Virus record (IMG/VR): IMGVR_UViG_3300037430_000005
Coordinates: 1-43,626 of that record
Strand: one strand, 5' to 3'
DNA: 43,626 nt
Origin: a virus
Every line of letters starts with the position of its first letter. The stretch's first letter is position 1. Below, one piece after another: positions 1-8,341 of this stretch. The notes beneath the pieces were generated by a model. It made no database searches. It was not told the origin of the DNA and was given only the letters and a program-made list of their open reading frames with translations. The translations under genes and the position numbers were made by a program.

Positions 1-127
1 CCCACGTTTTGCCGGGGGCGTACTGCGTCATGACCAGGTAGTAGCCCCGTCCCGCTTGCACGGCTCGGGCAAAGGCCCACGTCCGGGCATCGGCCGCATG
101 GGAGTCGCGTTGAATGCGCCGCACCAA
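1..127. repeat. Terminal overlap, identical to 43500..43626 (127 bp). The contig closes into a 43,499-bp circle.
   Basis: Both ends were compared base by base and are identical. The portal reading frame continues across the junction. Confidence 0.95.
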
Positions 128-511
128 GCCTTCGCGCAGTTGGAGTTCGGTGTCATCAATCGGCGGGGCGAGCTCGCCGAAGTCATCCGCGGCCACGAGT
201 TCAATCCCGAGGTCGCTTTGGCGCTCTTGATTCAGGACTTGGCGGACGGGTTCGCGTTGCTTGTTGATGACGAAGCAGGGGCGAGCAGGGACGGGAGGCA
301 AGCCGTTTTGCGCCACTTGGGCGCGGCGGCGGTTCAGCGTGTCTTCGTCCCATTGCTGGCCGGCGAAGAAGGCCAGGTCATCCAGCTCACGCTCGCGCTG
401 CGCACTGTCCGCTTCTTCCGCTTGCTTAAACCGATCCCGGGCCAGGGTCAGGAAGGCGTCGAGTTCCTTCGCGGATCGTTTCTTCTTGGCTTTGGGGACA
501 CCGGGATCCAC
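1..511 (-). CDS. Portal protein, N-terminal segment (same gene as 41593..43626, joined across the circular junction)
   Basis: The minus frame is open from GTG at 511 to position 1 and is in frame with 41593..43626 through the overlap. The translation ...LARDRFKQAEEADSAQRERELDDLAFFAGQQWDEDTLNRRR... looks like a portal N-terminus. GTG 511 is the only canonical start before the upstream stop at 602..604. The listed + ORF 56..571 is its antisense shadow. Confidence 0.75.
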   Translation of the reverse strand, partial: MDPGVPKAKKKRSAKELDAFLTLARDRFKQAEEADSAQRERELDDLAFFAGQQWDEDTLNRRRAQVAQNGLPPVPARPCFVINKQREPVRQVLNQERQSDLGIELVAADDFGELAPPIDDTELQLREGLVRRIQRDSHAADARTWAFARAVQAGRGYYLVMTQYAPGKTW

Positions 512-650
512 CGGCTGGGCAGTCGGTTGATCCGGGGGCGGAGATCCGGCAGGCGGGTACGCCGTGGCTAGGTGCTCACTGGTGGTATGAGTGTAGGAAC
601 ACTATACGCTCTCTAGATGACAAAGTGGATACTTTATATGCGGGTAATTA

Positions 651-1088
651 TTACTCGGCCCCACGCTTCTGGGCCGCTGCGGCTTTCACCGCCGCCCGGC
701 TTCGGCGATGGTGGGCCAGCTCACACACGCGGCATACCCGATACCGCCCCCGTTGCTCGAGCGCGTGACCGCGAATGCATAACAGCGGATCGGAATCGCG
801 CCGGTTATGCCGTTGGGTGTAATGATCGGCCCAGCGGCAATTCTCCGGACTATAAGGCCCGTTCACATCAATCCGATCCAGCGTGAGGCCCGGCGGACAC
901 CGGCCCATGTCACTCAGAAACGCCAGATAATCGTGCCGCCATCGATCGCACACGATGATGCCTCTGGCCCCGTAGTGCTTGAACTTCTTATCCGTCTGGC
1001 AGTAGCAGCGGCTTTTCGTGCCAATCCACGCCCGATATTCGCGAGTCCCGGGACGGCCTTTCCCTTGCGGCGCTTCGCCATGTGTCAT
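651..1088 (-). CDS. Homing-endonuclease-associated DNA-binding protein (AP2/HNH-like motif), paralog of 19834..20505
   Basis: Motifs [51 protein letters not shown], plus a C-terminal Cys cluster CIRGH..CRVC. ATG 1088 overlaps the terL TGA as ATGA. An alternative ATG lies at 1097. Confidence 0.5.
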   Translation of the reverse strand: MTHGEAPQGKGRPGTREYRAWIGTKSRCYCQTDKKFKHYGARGIIVCDRWRHDYLAFLSDMGRCPPGLTLDRIDVNGPYSPENCRWADHYTQRHNRRDSDPLLCIRGHALEQRGRYRVCRVCELAHHRRSRAAVKAAAAQKRGAE

Positions 1089-2410
1089 GACAGGCATACA
1101 AGGCCCACGCTCACAATCAGAAACAGCATTTCCGCCCACGCCTGCCCGCCCCGGCCGGGCGGTTGCCACTGCTTGATCCCCTTCTCGGTCGGCGTCTTAT
1201 GTCGGACCGCCAGATACCGAAAGGCATCCGCCCCATGACTCGCCGAATCGTGCACCGGGGTCGCCTTGAACTCCCGGAGCCGCTGGTTGTAATCCCGCCG
1301 GTAGTGCTGCAGGGCTTCTAACCCGGGCGCGGTTTTCGTCGCATCGAACCAGCACCGGGGAAACAGCATCCGGGCCGCATGAATCCCTTCTTCGATGGGC
1401 AGGTTCGGGCAGATGCGGAACTTGATCCCCAGACTCGCCGCCGTTTCAATCCGCGAGCGCCCACTACCGAGTTCCCGGACTTCGATATCATGCGGCGCCC
1501 AATGCTGGCCGTAGGTGTAGCGTTTCGTGGTCAGGACTTGCGCGTAGTGCGCGAGCCCTTCCCCTTGGGCTTCGTAGTAATCGATGATCCGAATTTCGCC
1601 GCCTCGGAGGGATTGACTAAACCATATCGCCGTAGAATCTCCCACACCAAGATCCCAGTCGGTATCGACCGGAAGTACAGGGTCGTACGGCACATTGGAC
1701 ACACGCCCACCAGTTCGCGCGGCCTCAAGCTCTGCACTGTAGATCGCCCCTTTGACGGCCGCGTCGAACGAGCATTCAAACTCTTGCGCGTACTCATCGG
1801 CGGTCATCACTTTCCGGGCTTCCGCCAGCTCCAGCGGCGTCAGGATGCCCGTCTCCGACGCTTTGTAGACCGCGCTGAACCAACTCGGCTCGCTCTGGGC
1901 ATACTTGTGGAGCTCGTAAAACTGGTTCTTCCCATTGGGCGTCCCCAGGAACAAGGCCCACCCCGCCCGATCGGAGAGCGCCGGCCGGAGCACGGTCGAG
2001 AAGATGTCCGAGGCGTGCAAGCCGTATTCATCGGGAATGACCCCGTCCAGATACAACCCGCGCAAGCTGTCCGGGTCATCGCCCCCATACACCCGCACCT
2101 GGCCCCCATTGGGGTAATCGATCCGCAACTCCGACTCGTTGAACTTCACCCCGGGAATCGGCCGCGCGTAGTGCTTGCAGTAATCCCAGACGGTCGCCTT
2201 GCCTTGCCGATACGTCGGGCCGATGTAGGCGAACCGGGGCCGTTCCTTCGGGCACATCAAGGCCCCTTGCTGCAAGAGGTTCACGGCCAGGACGCTCTTG
2301 CCCCACCGCCGATGACACACCAACACGCCAAAGCGATGCGCCCGCATGGCCTTGGCGACGACGCGCTGTAAGGGCCGGGGTTGATACGGAATCTGGACTT
2401 CAGTCAGCAT
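1085..2410 (-). CDS. terL: Terminase large subunit
   Basis: 441 aa. Walker A-like CHRRWGKS and Walker B-like [10 protein letters not shown]. Nuclease motifs [13 protein letters not shown] and [13 protein letters not shown]. Lies upstream of the portal. Confidence 0.85.
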   Translation of the reverse strand: MLTEVQIPYQPRPLQRVVAKAMRAHRFGVLVCHRRWGKSVLAVNLLQQGALMCPKERPRFAYIGPTYRQGKATVWDYCKHYARPIPGVKFNESELRIDYPNGGQVRVYGGDDPDSLRGLYLDGVIPDEYGLHASDIFSTVLRPALSDRAGWALFLGTPNGKNQFYELHKYAQSEPSWFSAVYKASETGILTPLELAEARKVMTADEYAQEFECSFDAAVKGAIYSAELEAARTGGRVSNVPYDPVLPVDTDWDLGVGDSTAIWFSQSLRGGEIRIIDYYEAQGEGLAHYAQVLTTKRYTYGQHWAPHDIEVRELGSGRSRIETAASLGIKFRICPNLPIEEGIHAARMLFPRCWFDATKTAPGLEALQHYRRDYNQRLREFKATPVHDSASHGADAFRYLAVRHKTPTEKGIKQWQPPGRGGQAWAEMLFLIVSVGLVCLS

Positions 2411-2822
2411 CGCCCAGGACGTGAATGATCTTCAACCCGCCCGAGAGGTCAATGTGCTGCTCTTGCTCCGCGGGCTTATCAAGCGCCCGGTTCAGTAGGT
2501 CCGTGAAGGCTTGCACCGAGGGGTCTTTTTCCCAGACCTCAATGGTTTCTTCCCCGACCTGCCCGGCCATCGCGGGCCCGACCCGAATGAATTTACCCGT
2601 CTTTTTGTCGCGCGTCACGAGATAGCTCAAGCCTTTCGCGTTCGCAATCTGGGCCGCAATCAGGGGTTGCAGTTCCGCCATGATCTGCAGCCGGGCGACT
2701 TCCCTGGCCGCTTCCTTCGTCACGGTCGTGGCGAGTTTGGTGCCCTTCGGCATCCCCGCGCCCTTCCGTGCGCCGCCGTGGGTGAGTTTCAAGATTTCAA
2801 GCGCTCGCCGGAAACGAGCCAT
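2400..2822 (-). CDS. Putative terminase small subunit or DNA-binding packaging protein
   Basis: 140 aa, overlaps the terL start by 11 nt. Basic GGARKGAGMPKG N-terminal motif. The call rests mainly on position. Confidence 0.4.
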   Translation of the reverse strand: MARFRRALEILKLTHGGARKGAGMPKGTKLATTVTKEAAREVARLQIMAELQPLIAAQIANAKGLSYLVTRDKKTGKFIRVGPAMAGQVGEETIEVWEKDPSVQAFTDLLNRALDKPAEQEQHIDLSGGLKIIHVLGDAD

Positions 2823-3274
2823 TCAGGATGCGGGCACGCGACTAAGTGAGCCAGCGCCTTCAGACACCGCCGGTGCCAGGTCCGCGCCTCGGGGTCATGC
2901 ACCTCCCGAATTGACTTGAACCGCTGGATCAGGGCCTTCGCACGAAGACGCTGGCGTTCCTCAAACGACCTCATCCCTGGCGCGACGTTACATAGGCCGT
3001 TCGCTTGGTAAATCTCCTGACGCTCACGGTCAATAGCCTGCGACTCAGTCAACCCATCAGCCAGACACGTCACCGTTGGGCGGACACCGCGGCGCAAGAG
3101 GGCCAGAATCCTCACCGCCAGTGCCTGATTGTGACTGGTGCCCGCGCGCGCCTGCCGCTCGTGCTGGTAACAGCGCGAACCCGTGCCCTTCCCCACGTAG
3201 AACACGCCGCCGTCGGTCGGATCGCTCAAGGCGTAGACGTAATAGCCGACGAAGCGCGTCTGTTTCGGGGTCAT
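2789..3274 (-). CDS. GIY-YIG domain nuclease
   Basis: N-terminus YYVYALSDPTDGGVFYVGKGTGSRCYQH (GIY..YIG spacing), followed by RERQEIYQANG. Confidence 0.6.
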   Translation of the reverse strand: MTPKQTRFVGYYVYALSDPTDGGVFYVGKGTGSRCYQHERQARAGTSHNQALAVRILALLRRGVRPTVTCLADGLTESQAIDRERQEIYQANGLCNVAPGMRSFEERQRLRAKALIQRFKSIREVHDPEARTWHRRCLKALAHLVACPHPEWLVSGERLKS

Positions 3275-3361
3275 CTTGATCCAGTATGCGCCCTTAGTCG
3301 CTCATCCTCGCGCCTTCGGCTCGGGGGAGGCCCTAAACGTACGAAAATACAACGCCTTATA

Positions 3362-3423
3362 CGCGAAGGCGACCGACAGGTGACTCGTCACCGTCGGCTT
3401 ACCGCGTCCTCGATGCGGAGTCA
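3362..3423 (+). repeat. Structured intergenic repeat R1 (CGCGAAGG-N28-CTTACCGCG)
   Basis: Box1 at 3362..3369, box2 at 3398..3406. Internal hairpin CCGACAGGTGAC/GTCACCGTCGG. The tail abuts the RHH stop codon at 3421. Confidence 0.85.
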
Positions 3424-3600
3424 TTCATCAGATTCACGAAACAACACCGCATCCACGCCTTCCCGACGCAGCGAGACGTTCAGGGCACGGCGGATATACT
3501 CTGCGACCGAGATGTGCCGCAGCCGCGCTGCGTGCTTCAGCCAGTCGTGTTCCTCGACCGTCGCCTGCAATCGAATGGTGGACGCGGTAAGTGTCCTCAT
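3421..3600 (-). CDS. Ribbon-helix-helix (CopG/Arc-type) DNA-binding protein, 59 aa
   Basis: Not in the ORF track because it is under 60 aa. Hand translation: MRTLTASTIRLQATVEEHDWLKHAARLRHISVAEYIRRALNVSLRREGVDAVLFRESDE. ATG 3600 overlaps the upstream TGA as ATGA. AAGGAG Shine-Dalgarno (SD) site at 3617..3622. Confidence 0.7.
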   Translation of the reverse strand: MRTLTASTIRLQATVEEHDWLKHAARLRHISVAEYIRRALNVSLRREGVDAVLFRESDE

Positions 3601-3625
3601 GGCTGCTCTGTCGGTCTCCTTCGCG
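3566..3625 (-). repeat. Structured repeat R2 (CGCGAAGG-N26-CTTACCGCG), inverted relative to R1
   Basis: Box1 at 3618..3625, box2 at 3583..3591 (minus strand). Contains the SD site, start codon and first codons of the RHH gene. Confidence 0.85.
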
Positions 3626-3800
3626 TATGAACGTCTTCCGTATCTTCTTTATTCTCTTGAGGTTGCGCGGGCACGGCGGGGGGAAGGGCGGCAGCGGGTG
3701 GCTCGTCAGGGTCCGAGCGTGGGGCCGAACACTCCGGCTCGTGAACAATCTCTCCGTCAACTTCCAGTGCGCTCCCGCAATAGCCGCAGGCATATGGCAT
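3597..3800 (-). CDS. Hypothetical small protein with an N-terminal Cys pair
   Basis: 67 aa, MPYACGYCGS...EPEC. Abuts the neighbouring genes, with stop/start coupling on both sides. Confidence 0.5.
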   Translation of the reverse strand: MPYACGYCGSALEVDGEIVHEPECSAPRSDPDEPPAAALPPAVPAQPQENKEDTEDVHTRRRPTEQP

Positions 3801-4022
3801 TTACTTGTCCTCCGCGAGCATCCATGCCCACAACTTCAACAATGTGTCAGCGTCAAAGGCTTGCCCGGTTTCGATCCGCATCAACGTCGCGTGTCCGATT
3901 CCAATCTGCGGCGCGAGGTCACGTAATGAGAGCCCGCGCACAGTGCGATACAGACGGAACATCTCGCCGAGGCGCGTCTGGCGCTGTATACGAGCGCGCA
4001 GCGTGGACGGTCGTTTAAGCAT
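3801..4022 (-). CDS. XRE-family helix-turn-helix regulator
   Basis: In-frame ATG at 4022. GEMFRLYRTVRGLSLRDLAPQIGIGHATLMRIETGQ is a typical XRE HTH. Confidence 0.65.
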   Translation of the reverse strand: MLKRPSTLRARIQRQTRLGEMFRLYRTVRGLSLRDLAPQIGIGHATLMRIETGQAFDADTLLKLWAWMLAEDK

Positions 4023-4467
4023 CGCCGTGCGGCCCCTGCCCGTCACAGTGACGACATTGGTCGAGTGGGTGATAACAGATCGCGCAGTAGCCGAAGGAAC
4101 CTGCTGGCCGCTTCTCCTCTGGGGGACACGCCGCGACATCTTCCGGCCCCGGACGGAGAGCGACCGCTAAAGCCGCTTCCAGTTCTTCCGCCCGCAAGTT
4201 GCGGTAGAACGCATCATCGGGCGTCCCGACGGGTTGGGACCATCCGAGCTTATAACGCGCGGAGTCGCGCTCAGCGGTCAGGGTGCGAATCTGAGCTTCC
4301 AATGACTCGACTTCTGAAGCTGGGGGACACGCCGCGACGAGGTCGGCCCACTCCACCCACGTCCCTTCCGCGTCAGGCTCCAGATGAATGAGGCCGGATG
4401 CGCCCGCTAATCGCATACGGTATCGTCGCAGCGTCTCCACCCACGCGGGGAGTGTCTTAATAGTCAA
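4015..4467 (-). CDS. Hypothetical protein with a C-terminal Cys/His cluster
   Basis: The start is uncertain: TTG 4467 with GGAAAGGA upstream, or ATG 4416. The C-terminus reads YCAICYHPLDQCRHCDG. The longer listed N-terminus would run through repeat R3. Confidence 0.5.
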   Translation of the reverse strand: MTIKTLPAWVETLRRYRMRLAGASGLIHLEPDAEGTWVEWADLVAACPPASEVESLEAQIRTLTAERDSARYKLGWSQPVGTPDDAFYRNLRAEELEAALAVALRPGPEDVAACPPEEKRPAGSFGYCAICYHPLDQCRHCDGQGPHGDA

Positions 4468-4485
4468 CGCTTTACAATCCTTTCC

Positions 4486-4545
4486 CGCGAAGGGGACAGG
4501 CCGAGCGTCCCCCTGATCACTTACCGCGTCCACCAGCACGCTTAG
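4486..4545 (+). repeat. Structured repeat R3 (CGCGAAGG-N26-CTTACCGCG)
   Basis: Box1 at 4486..4493, box2 at 4520..4528. Internal hairpin GGGGAC/GTCCCC. Overlaps the stop and last codons (GRGK*) of 4517..4741. Confidence 0.85.
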
Positions 4546-4741
4546 ACGGAGGCACGGGACGTGCGGCCCGTCGTGCATCCTCTTCGCGCCAGTCCAACAT
4601 CGTCGTCACCATCGCCTTGACCGCCTGCGGCACATACCCCGCTGCGAGATCGGCCGCTTGCTGTTCGTTGACAAGTAAATAAAACTCGGTTTCGTGCTCC
4701 TGGTTCCGTTGGGCGAGCTCGGCGCGGAGGGCGTCCGTCAT
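4517..4741 (-). CDS. Hypothetical protein, 74 aa
   Basis: ATG 4741 overlaps the stop of 4738..5115 as ATGA. Translation MTDALRAELAQRNQEHETEFYLLVNEQQAADLAAGYVPQAVKAMV... Confidence 0.55.
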   Translation of the reverse strand: MTDALRAELAQRNQEHETEFYLLVNEQQAADLAAGYVPQAVKAMVTTMLDWREEDARRAARPVPPSKRAGGRGK

Positions 4742-5115
4742 GTTTCCTTGATCACGATCCCGTATTGCGCCTCGACGTGTTTCTTCTTCCACCGATAGAG
4801 GGGGGTTTTGAAGCCTTTCACGTCCTCGACCACATACGGCGTCGTGCGCCTGTCGGAGTACTTGAAATCCCCCCGATACTCCCCGATCCGTCGCGCGGCC
4901 GGCGTCCGAAACGCCCCCGCCAGATAGCCCGTCGTGGACTCCACCAGTAAGGGGAACCGCGGTTGCAGTTGAAGATCCCAAATCTTCCCCGCCTTCTCCA
5001 GCAGCTTCAATTCCTGATACCGCCGCGCTTCCTTCGCGGAATGGAACGTAATCCCGTCCACCGTCGTGGGCACGGCGCCATACTTGGACCGCTTGCGCGA
5101 TGGCCCGACCCTCAT
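4738..5115 (-). CDS. DUF1064-like putative endonuclease or resolvase
   Basis: KYGAVPTTVDGITFHSAKEARRYQELKLLEKAGKIWDLQLQPRF ... YRGDFKY ... VVEDVKGFKT follows the DUF1064 pattern. Confidence 0.55.
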   Translation of the reverse strand: MRVGPSRKRSKYGAVPTTVDGITFHSAKEARRYQELKLLEKAGKIWDLQLQPRFPLLVESTTGYLAGAFRTPAARRIGEYRGDFKYSDRRTTPYVVEDVKGFKTPLYRWKKKHVEAQYGIVIKET

Positions 5116-5300
5116 TCCGTATACCCCTTGAGATCCGCCTGCGCCTTGACCGCCCGCTGCGCCTCATAAAACGTCATGCGCTGCAACGCGTACGATCCAC
5201 ACGGGGTACACGGCCCATACGCGGCCTGATCATCCCGTTGGACCCGATTGCCGCGCCAGCCGCAAAGCTTACAGATCACGGCGTAACGAGGTTTCCTCAC
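5112..5300 (-). CDS. Small zinc-ribbon protein
   Basis: 62 aa with a GTG start. CKLCGW...CTPCG. ATGA coupling with the downstream gene. Confidence 0.5.
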   Translation of the reverse strand: MRKPRYAVICKLCGWRGNRVQRDDQAAYGPCTPCGSYALQRMTFYEAQRAVKAQADLKGYTE

Positions 5301-5320
5301 GAACGATCACGACGATCATG

Positions 5321-5383
5321 CGCGAAGGGGACATGCAGAGCGTCCACCGTGCCGCTTACCGCGTCCCCCATCTCACAGGTCAT
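5321..5383 (+). repeat. Structured repeat R4 (CGCGAAGG-N26-CTTACCGCG)
   Basis: Box1 at 5321..5328, box2 at 5355..5363. The tail CCCATCTCACAGG ends at the stop of 5380..5823. Confidence 0.85.
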
Positions 5384-5823
5384 CGGCCAAACCGCGTCGG
5401 CTTCTTGCGTGACGTGCCCGCTTCCTGGCTGAAATCATCTGCACTCTTGGGTTTCAACTTGAACCGTTCGCCGGCCGCACAGGTGCACGGCGTCCCGTAC
5501 TCATGTTGATAGTTAGAGAGCGGGGCCGTCACACACAGCCGGCGATACTTACCCGGCCGCTCGTGCCAGGTGTCCGTCCGGCTCGAGACACCGTTGCAGC
5601 GATCCCCCCGCCGGCAGAGCTTCGTGATCAACCCGGTGTCCTGGCACTGCGAGCAGAGGTATTTCCATTCGCGCACCTGGGGCCAGGCGGCGCGCAAGGT
5701 GCGCTCGAGCGTGGCGTTGAGCTCGGCTGGCGAGGCGCCTTCCGCCCGCGCCAGATCGCGCAGCCGGAGCGCTTCCTTCAGCGTCGCCGCGAGCCCTTCC
5801 GCGGTCACGAGGGGCGGCGTCAT
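5380..5823 (-). CDS. Cys-rich hypothetical protein
   Basis: 147 aa. CSQCQDTG...C..C...CTC. ATGA overlap with the upstream gene. Confidence 0.55.
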   Translation of the reverse strand: MTPPLVTAEGLAATLKEALRLRDLARAEGASPAELNATLERTLRAAWPQVREWKYLCSQCQDTGLITKLCRRGDRCNGVSSRTDTWHERPGKYRRLCVTAPLSNYQHEYGTPCTCAAGERFKLKPKSADDFSQEAGTSRKKPTRFGR

Positions 5824-6572
5824 GCGGGCACCGGATGCCGGGTTTCCCAGGCCGAGAGCCGATCCGACAACCAGCTGAACTTGGCGCGGAACACTTCAAT
5901 GCCCCGGTCGCTGGCGACGATAAACTCGTCGTCTGTTTTGTCCGACAGGAGAATTTGGGCGTATTTTTTAAGGCGATCGAGGTCCGTCGCGCCGAGCATT
6001 TCCTTCACCATCGCCCCGTGTTTCGCCCAACTGACGAGGTAGTCCGCGCCTGAGCGTCGGGCTTTGTATTCGCTCTGAAACCAGACGAGAAATTCACGGA
6101 CGCGGGGGTCCGCCGGCTTTTTCGGCGGCTCAACAACCGAAGGTTGTTTCTGTACTTTGGGATTGGGATTGGGAGTCGTGTTACCAACACCGTTACCAAC
6201 GCCGGTGTACGCCGCCTGTAACGGTGTTACAGCGCCCGTACGGAGCCGTCGCACCCGTTCAGTTGTTTCGGCCCGTTTCTTGAGGATTTTGGCCTTCGAG
6301 GCTTGATATTTCAGATAGTCATGGACGAGAAAGCCGTCCACGCCCCTGCGTGTGGTCGCCGACCAGAGGCGTAAGTCACACAATTTTGTGGAAAAAACTT
6401 CAGGATGGTCCGCCGGCACGAGCCGCGCCACTTGACTCACCGGGATGAACCCGTTCGTGAGCAGCCGATTGCAGTAGCAGAGGCCGGCGACGTAGAGCCA
6501 CGCGCCCAGCGGCCCCGCCGAGACGATCTTCGGATGGTCGGGAAAATGATCATCGATTCGCACCCACGGCAT
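5820..6572 (-). CDS. Putative replication-associated DNA-binding protein (replisome-organiser-like N-terminus)
   Basis: 250 aa. N-terminus WVRIDDHFPDHPKIVSAGPLGAWLYVAGLCYCNRLLTNGFIP. Located in the early operon. The function is inferred weakly. Confidence 0.3.
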   Translation of the reverse strand: MPWVRIDDHFPDHPKIVSAGPLGAWLYVAGLCYCNRLLTNGFIPVSQVARLVPADHPEVFSTKLCDLRLWSATTRRGVDGFLVHDYLKYQASKAKILKKRAETTERVRRLRTGAVTPLQAAYTGVGNGVGNTTPNPNPKVQKQPSVVEPPKKPADPRVREFLVWFQSEYKARRSGADYLVSWAKHGAMVKEMLGATDLDRLKKYAQILLSDKTDDEFIVASDRGIEVFRAKFSWLSDRLSAWETRHPVPA

Positions 6573-6826
6573 TACTTCGGTGCCACCTTTCGCGCATCGC
6601 CCGCTGTGGACTTGATTGTTGGCTATCTGACAGAACGCCGATCGTTACGTGCGTTACACTCCCCCGGGATGGCCCAGATCGTGATCTTCCCCGCCGTCGA
6701 ACCCGTCACCTGTGGATCCTGGGCGGGCGTCCCGGTCCATGTCTGGACACCGGCATCCCTCCCTGGATCGCCCTGCGTCTGTGGACGATCCGTGCTGCCG
6801 ACGTACGACGACGACGAATACTTTCC

Positions 6827-6893
6827 CGCGAAGGGTCGAGATCAGGTAATTCCTTCCTGCCACTTACCGCGCCGCCCATCTCATGATTCATAG
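6827..6893 (+). repeat. Structured repeat R5 (CGCGAAGG-N28-CTTACCGCG)
   Basis: Box1 at 6827..6834, box2 at 6863..6871. The tail CCCATCTCATGATTCAT covers the stop codon of 6881..7249. Confidence 0.85.
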
Positions 6894-7249
6894 AGCAGGG
6901 ACCGCACAGCGGCATCCTTTGCTTCGAGCAACTTCCGCAGCGCCACGGTCCGCTCGGGGTTGCGCGGGTAAGTGGCTTCCAGATGGACCGCGAGATCACA
7001 AAACGGCCGACTCCCGGTCTGTAACTGCGCCGGCAGATGCGCGTACCGAAAGAACTGCATCAAGGGCTCCTGAACGGCTTTCCCGGCCTGCTGTGTCCGC
7101 TCTACCGCCTCGACCTTTTCTTTCATTGCCTTGATCCGGATTTCGGCAGCAGTCGGATGCATCCGTTCTAATTGGTCGAGCACCTCACGCCGCGTGTCGC
7201 CTTCCGCTTCGCCCAACACGTTGCCGTCCCGGTCAAACGCTTGTCCCAT
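6881..7249 (-). CDS. Hypothetical phage protein
   Basis: ATG 7249 is preceded by AAAGGAG. 122 aa, ...FFRYAHLPAQLQ...ALRKLLEAKDAAVRSLL. Confidence 0.6.
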   Translation of the reverse strand: MGQAFDRDGNVLGEAEGDTRREVLDQLERMHPTAAEIRIKAMKEKVEAVERTQQAGKAVQEPLMQFFRYAHLPAQLQTGSRPFCDLAVHLEATYPRNPERTVALRKLLEAKDAAVRSLLYES

Positions 7250-7366
7250 GTGCGCGCTCCTTTGAAGGTGGCCCGACAAAAATCGCGGGCGGCTGCGGAA
7301 TCTCGGCATTGATCGGTCGCCACAAATGCAAGGGAATTATATACTTGAGTGCGAAGCATGATTGAA

Positions 7367-7807
7367 TCACGATTCTGTCTTGCAGTCGGCCGTCTCCCTG
7401 TCGTGTTCGTGCTTGCAGACAGGGCAGATGACTCCCGATGTGAAGTACTCGCGCAGCCGGTCCCAACAGCCCTCGCAAAACGGGCCGACGAAATCAGCGT
7501 AGGCCGGGTGTGGCTTCGCCGACTCGCCGCAATTGGTGCAGATGGGAGGACCAGCACGCCAAGGCACGCCATCGGCAGAATGAATCTGATGGTCGCGGTG
7601 ATATTCACAGTCCTTGCACCAGATGTCGCGGTCGTCTCCTGGCTCATGGGGCGTGCGCGAATTGAACGGGTGCGGCACCAGTTCTTCGTCCGGACATTCG
7701 TGGTCAAGATCGAAGACGAACCCAGAGTGGCAGTTGCAGCAATGAACATCCACCGCCGTGCCGTGCTCGCAGACGTGATCGCCGATGTCGTTGACCGTGA
7801 CTTTCAT
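7367..7807 (-). CDS. Cys/His-rich (multi-zinc-site-like) protein, cargo of the IS element
   Basis: ATG 7807 with AAGGAG upstream. Motifs HVCEH..HCCNCH..HEC..WCKDCEYH..CTNC..CEGC..CPVCKHEH. Confidence 0.6.
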   Translation of the reverse strand: MKVTVNDIGDHVCEHGTAVDVHCCNCHSGFVFDLDHECPDEELVPHPFNSRTPHEPGDDRDIWCKDCEYHRDHQIHSADGVPWRAGPPICTNCGESAKPHPAYADFVGPFCEGCWDRLREYFTSGVICPVCKHEHDRETADCKTES

Positions 7808-7808
7808 G

Positions 7809-7940
7809 TCACTTCTCCTTCGCGATCTTCGTGGCCCGGCGCTTCCGCCGTCGGGCGGGTTTACTCTTTGCCTTCGGGCGGTAGGCCAGCACCACGTCCA
7901 CAATCGCGTCCAGTTGTTTTGGAACCTTCGTCTTCGTCAT
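7809..7940 (-). CDS. Small basic protein (43 aa), cargo of the IS element
   Basis: Hand translation MTKTKVPKQLDAIVDVVLAYRPKAKSKPARRRKRRATKIAKEK. ATG 7940 overlaps the upstream TGA as ATGA. Confidence 0.4.
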   Translation of the reverse strand: MTKTKVPKQLDAIVDVVLAYRPKAKSKPARRRKRRATKIAKEK

Positions 7941-8332
7941 GGCCGGTTCTCATCGCCGTCCATCGCGTCAGTTCCTGCGAACGGTGGGTAGGGCTCGACG
8001 CGCCCGCTCTCCACCTTAGCGATGGCGGCTTCAGCTTTGGCGTATGGACAGTTGTCCCAGTGCGTCTTAGCCGGATTTCGGAGCACGCCGGAATCACACA
8101 TCGGGCAACCCCATCGCTCAGCGAAGATTCCCCGCAGGGCCGCGAGCAGGTCCGGCGCGGCGGCGATCAATCGGGCGTTAGCAGCGTTCTCCGCACGCGA
8201 CAGACCCGATCCAATATCCGGCGTGCAAGGCGCGGTGATTGCGAAGTGGCTGACCTTCGCGATGGCCATCCCATCGCCTTCGTTGATTTCCCACGGTCCA
8301 GGTGTATGCGTCGCGGTCCAAGTTGTGTCCAT
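7937..8332 (-). CDS. Hypothetical protein (GPWE...ANARLIAAAPDLL motif), cargo of the IS element
   Basis: 131 aa. The SD site TAGGAG overlaps the transposase stop, so the gene is co-transcribed with tnp. Confidence 0.6.
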   Translation of the reverse strand: MDTTWTATHTPGPWEINEGDGMAIAKVSHFAITAPCTPDIGSGLSRAENAANARLIAAAPDLLAALRGIFAERWGCPMCDSGVLRNPAKTHWDNCPYAKAEAAIAKVESGRVEPYPPFAGTDAMDGDENRP

Positions 8333-8341
8333 CGCAATCTC

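Noticed and set aside
1-127. 127-bp direct terminal repeat as a biological DTR
   Set aside because: The length equals a standard assembler k-mer, and an essential gene (the portal) reads through it. It is most simply an assembly overlap of a circular or circularly permuted genome. This cannot be settled without reads.
56-571. 171-aa plus-strand ORF at the window start
   Set aside because: It lies antisense to the portal N-terminus. The portal frame continues in phase from the window end and has a portal-like sequence.
628-650. GGATACTTTATATGCGGGTAAT as a degenerate solo copy of the transposon inverted repeat
   Set aside because: Only the ACTT(T)ATAT core matches, an indel is needed, and no partner repeat lies on the other side of the 651..1088 gene.
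3300-3335. Small GCC-TTC-GGC hairpin, and the repeat hairpins, as rho-independent terminators
   Set aside because: No U-tract follows any of them on either strand, so a canonical intrinsic terminator call is not supported.
6643-6657. CGTTAC...CGTTAC direct repeat upstream of the replication gene as origin iterons
   Set aside because: There are only two 6-mers 9 bp apart, which is too little to call an origin. The ~250-bp untranslated stretch 6573..6826 is still unexplained.
6654-6863. 69-aa minus ORF starting inside repeat R5
   Set aside because: It has mixed codon bias, no SD site and no motifs, and it begins inside the repeat. It is probably non-coding spacer.
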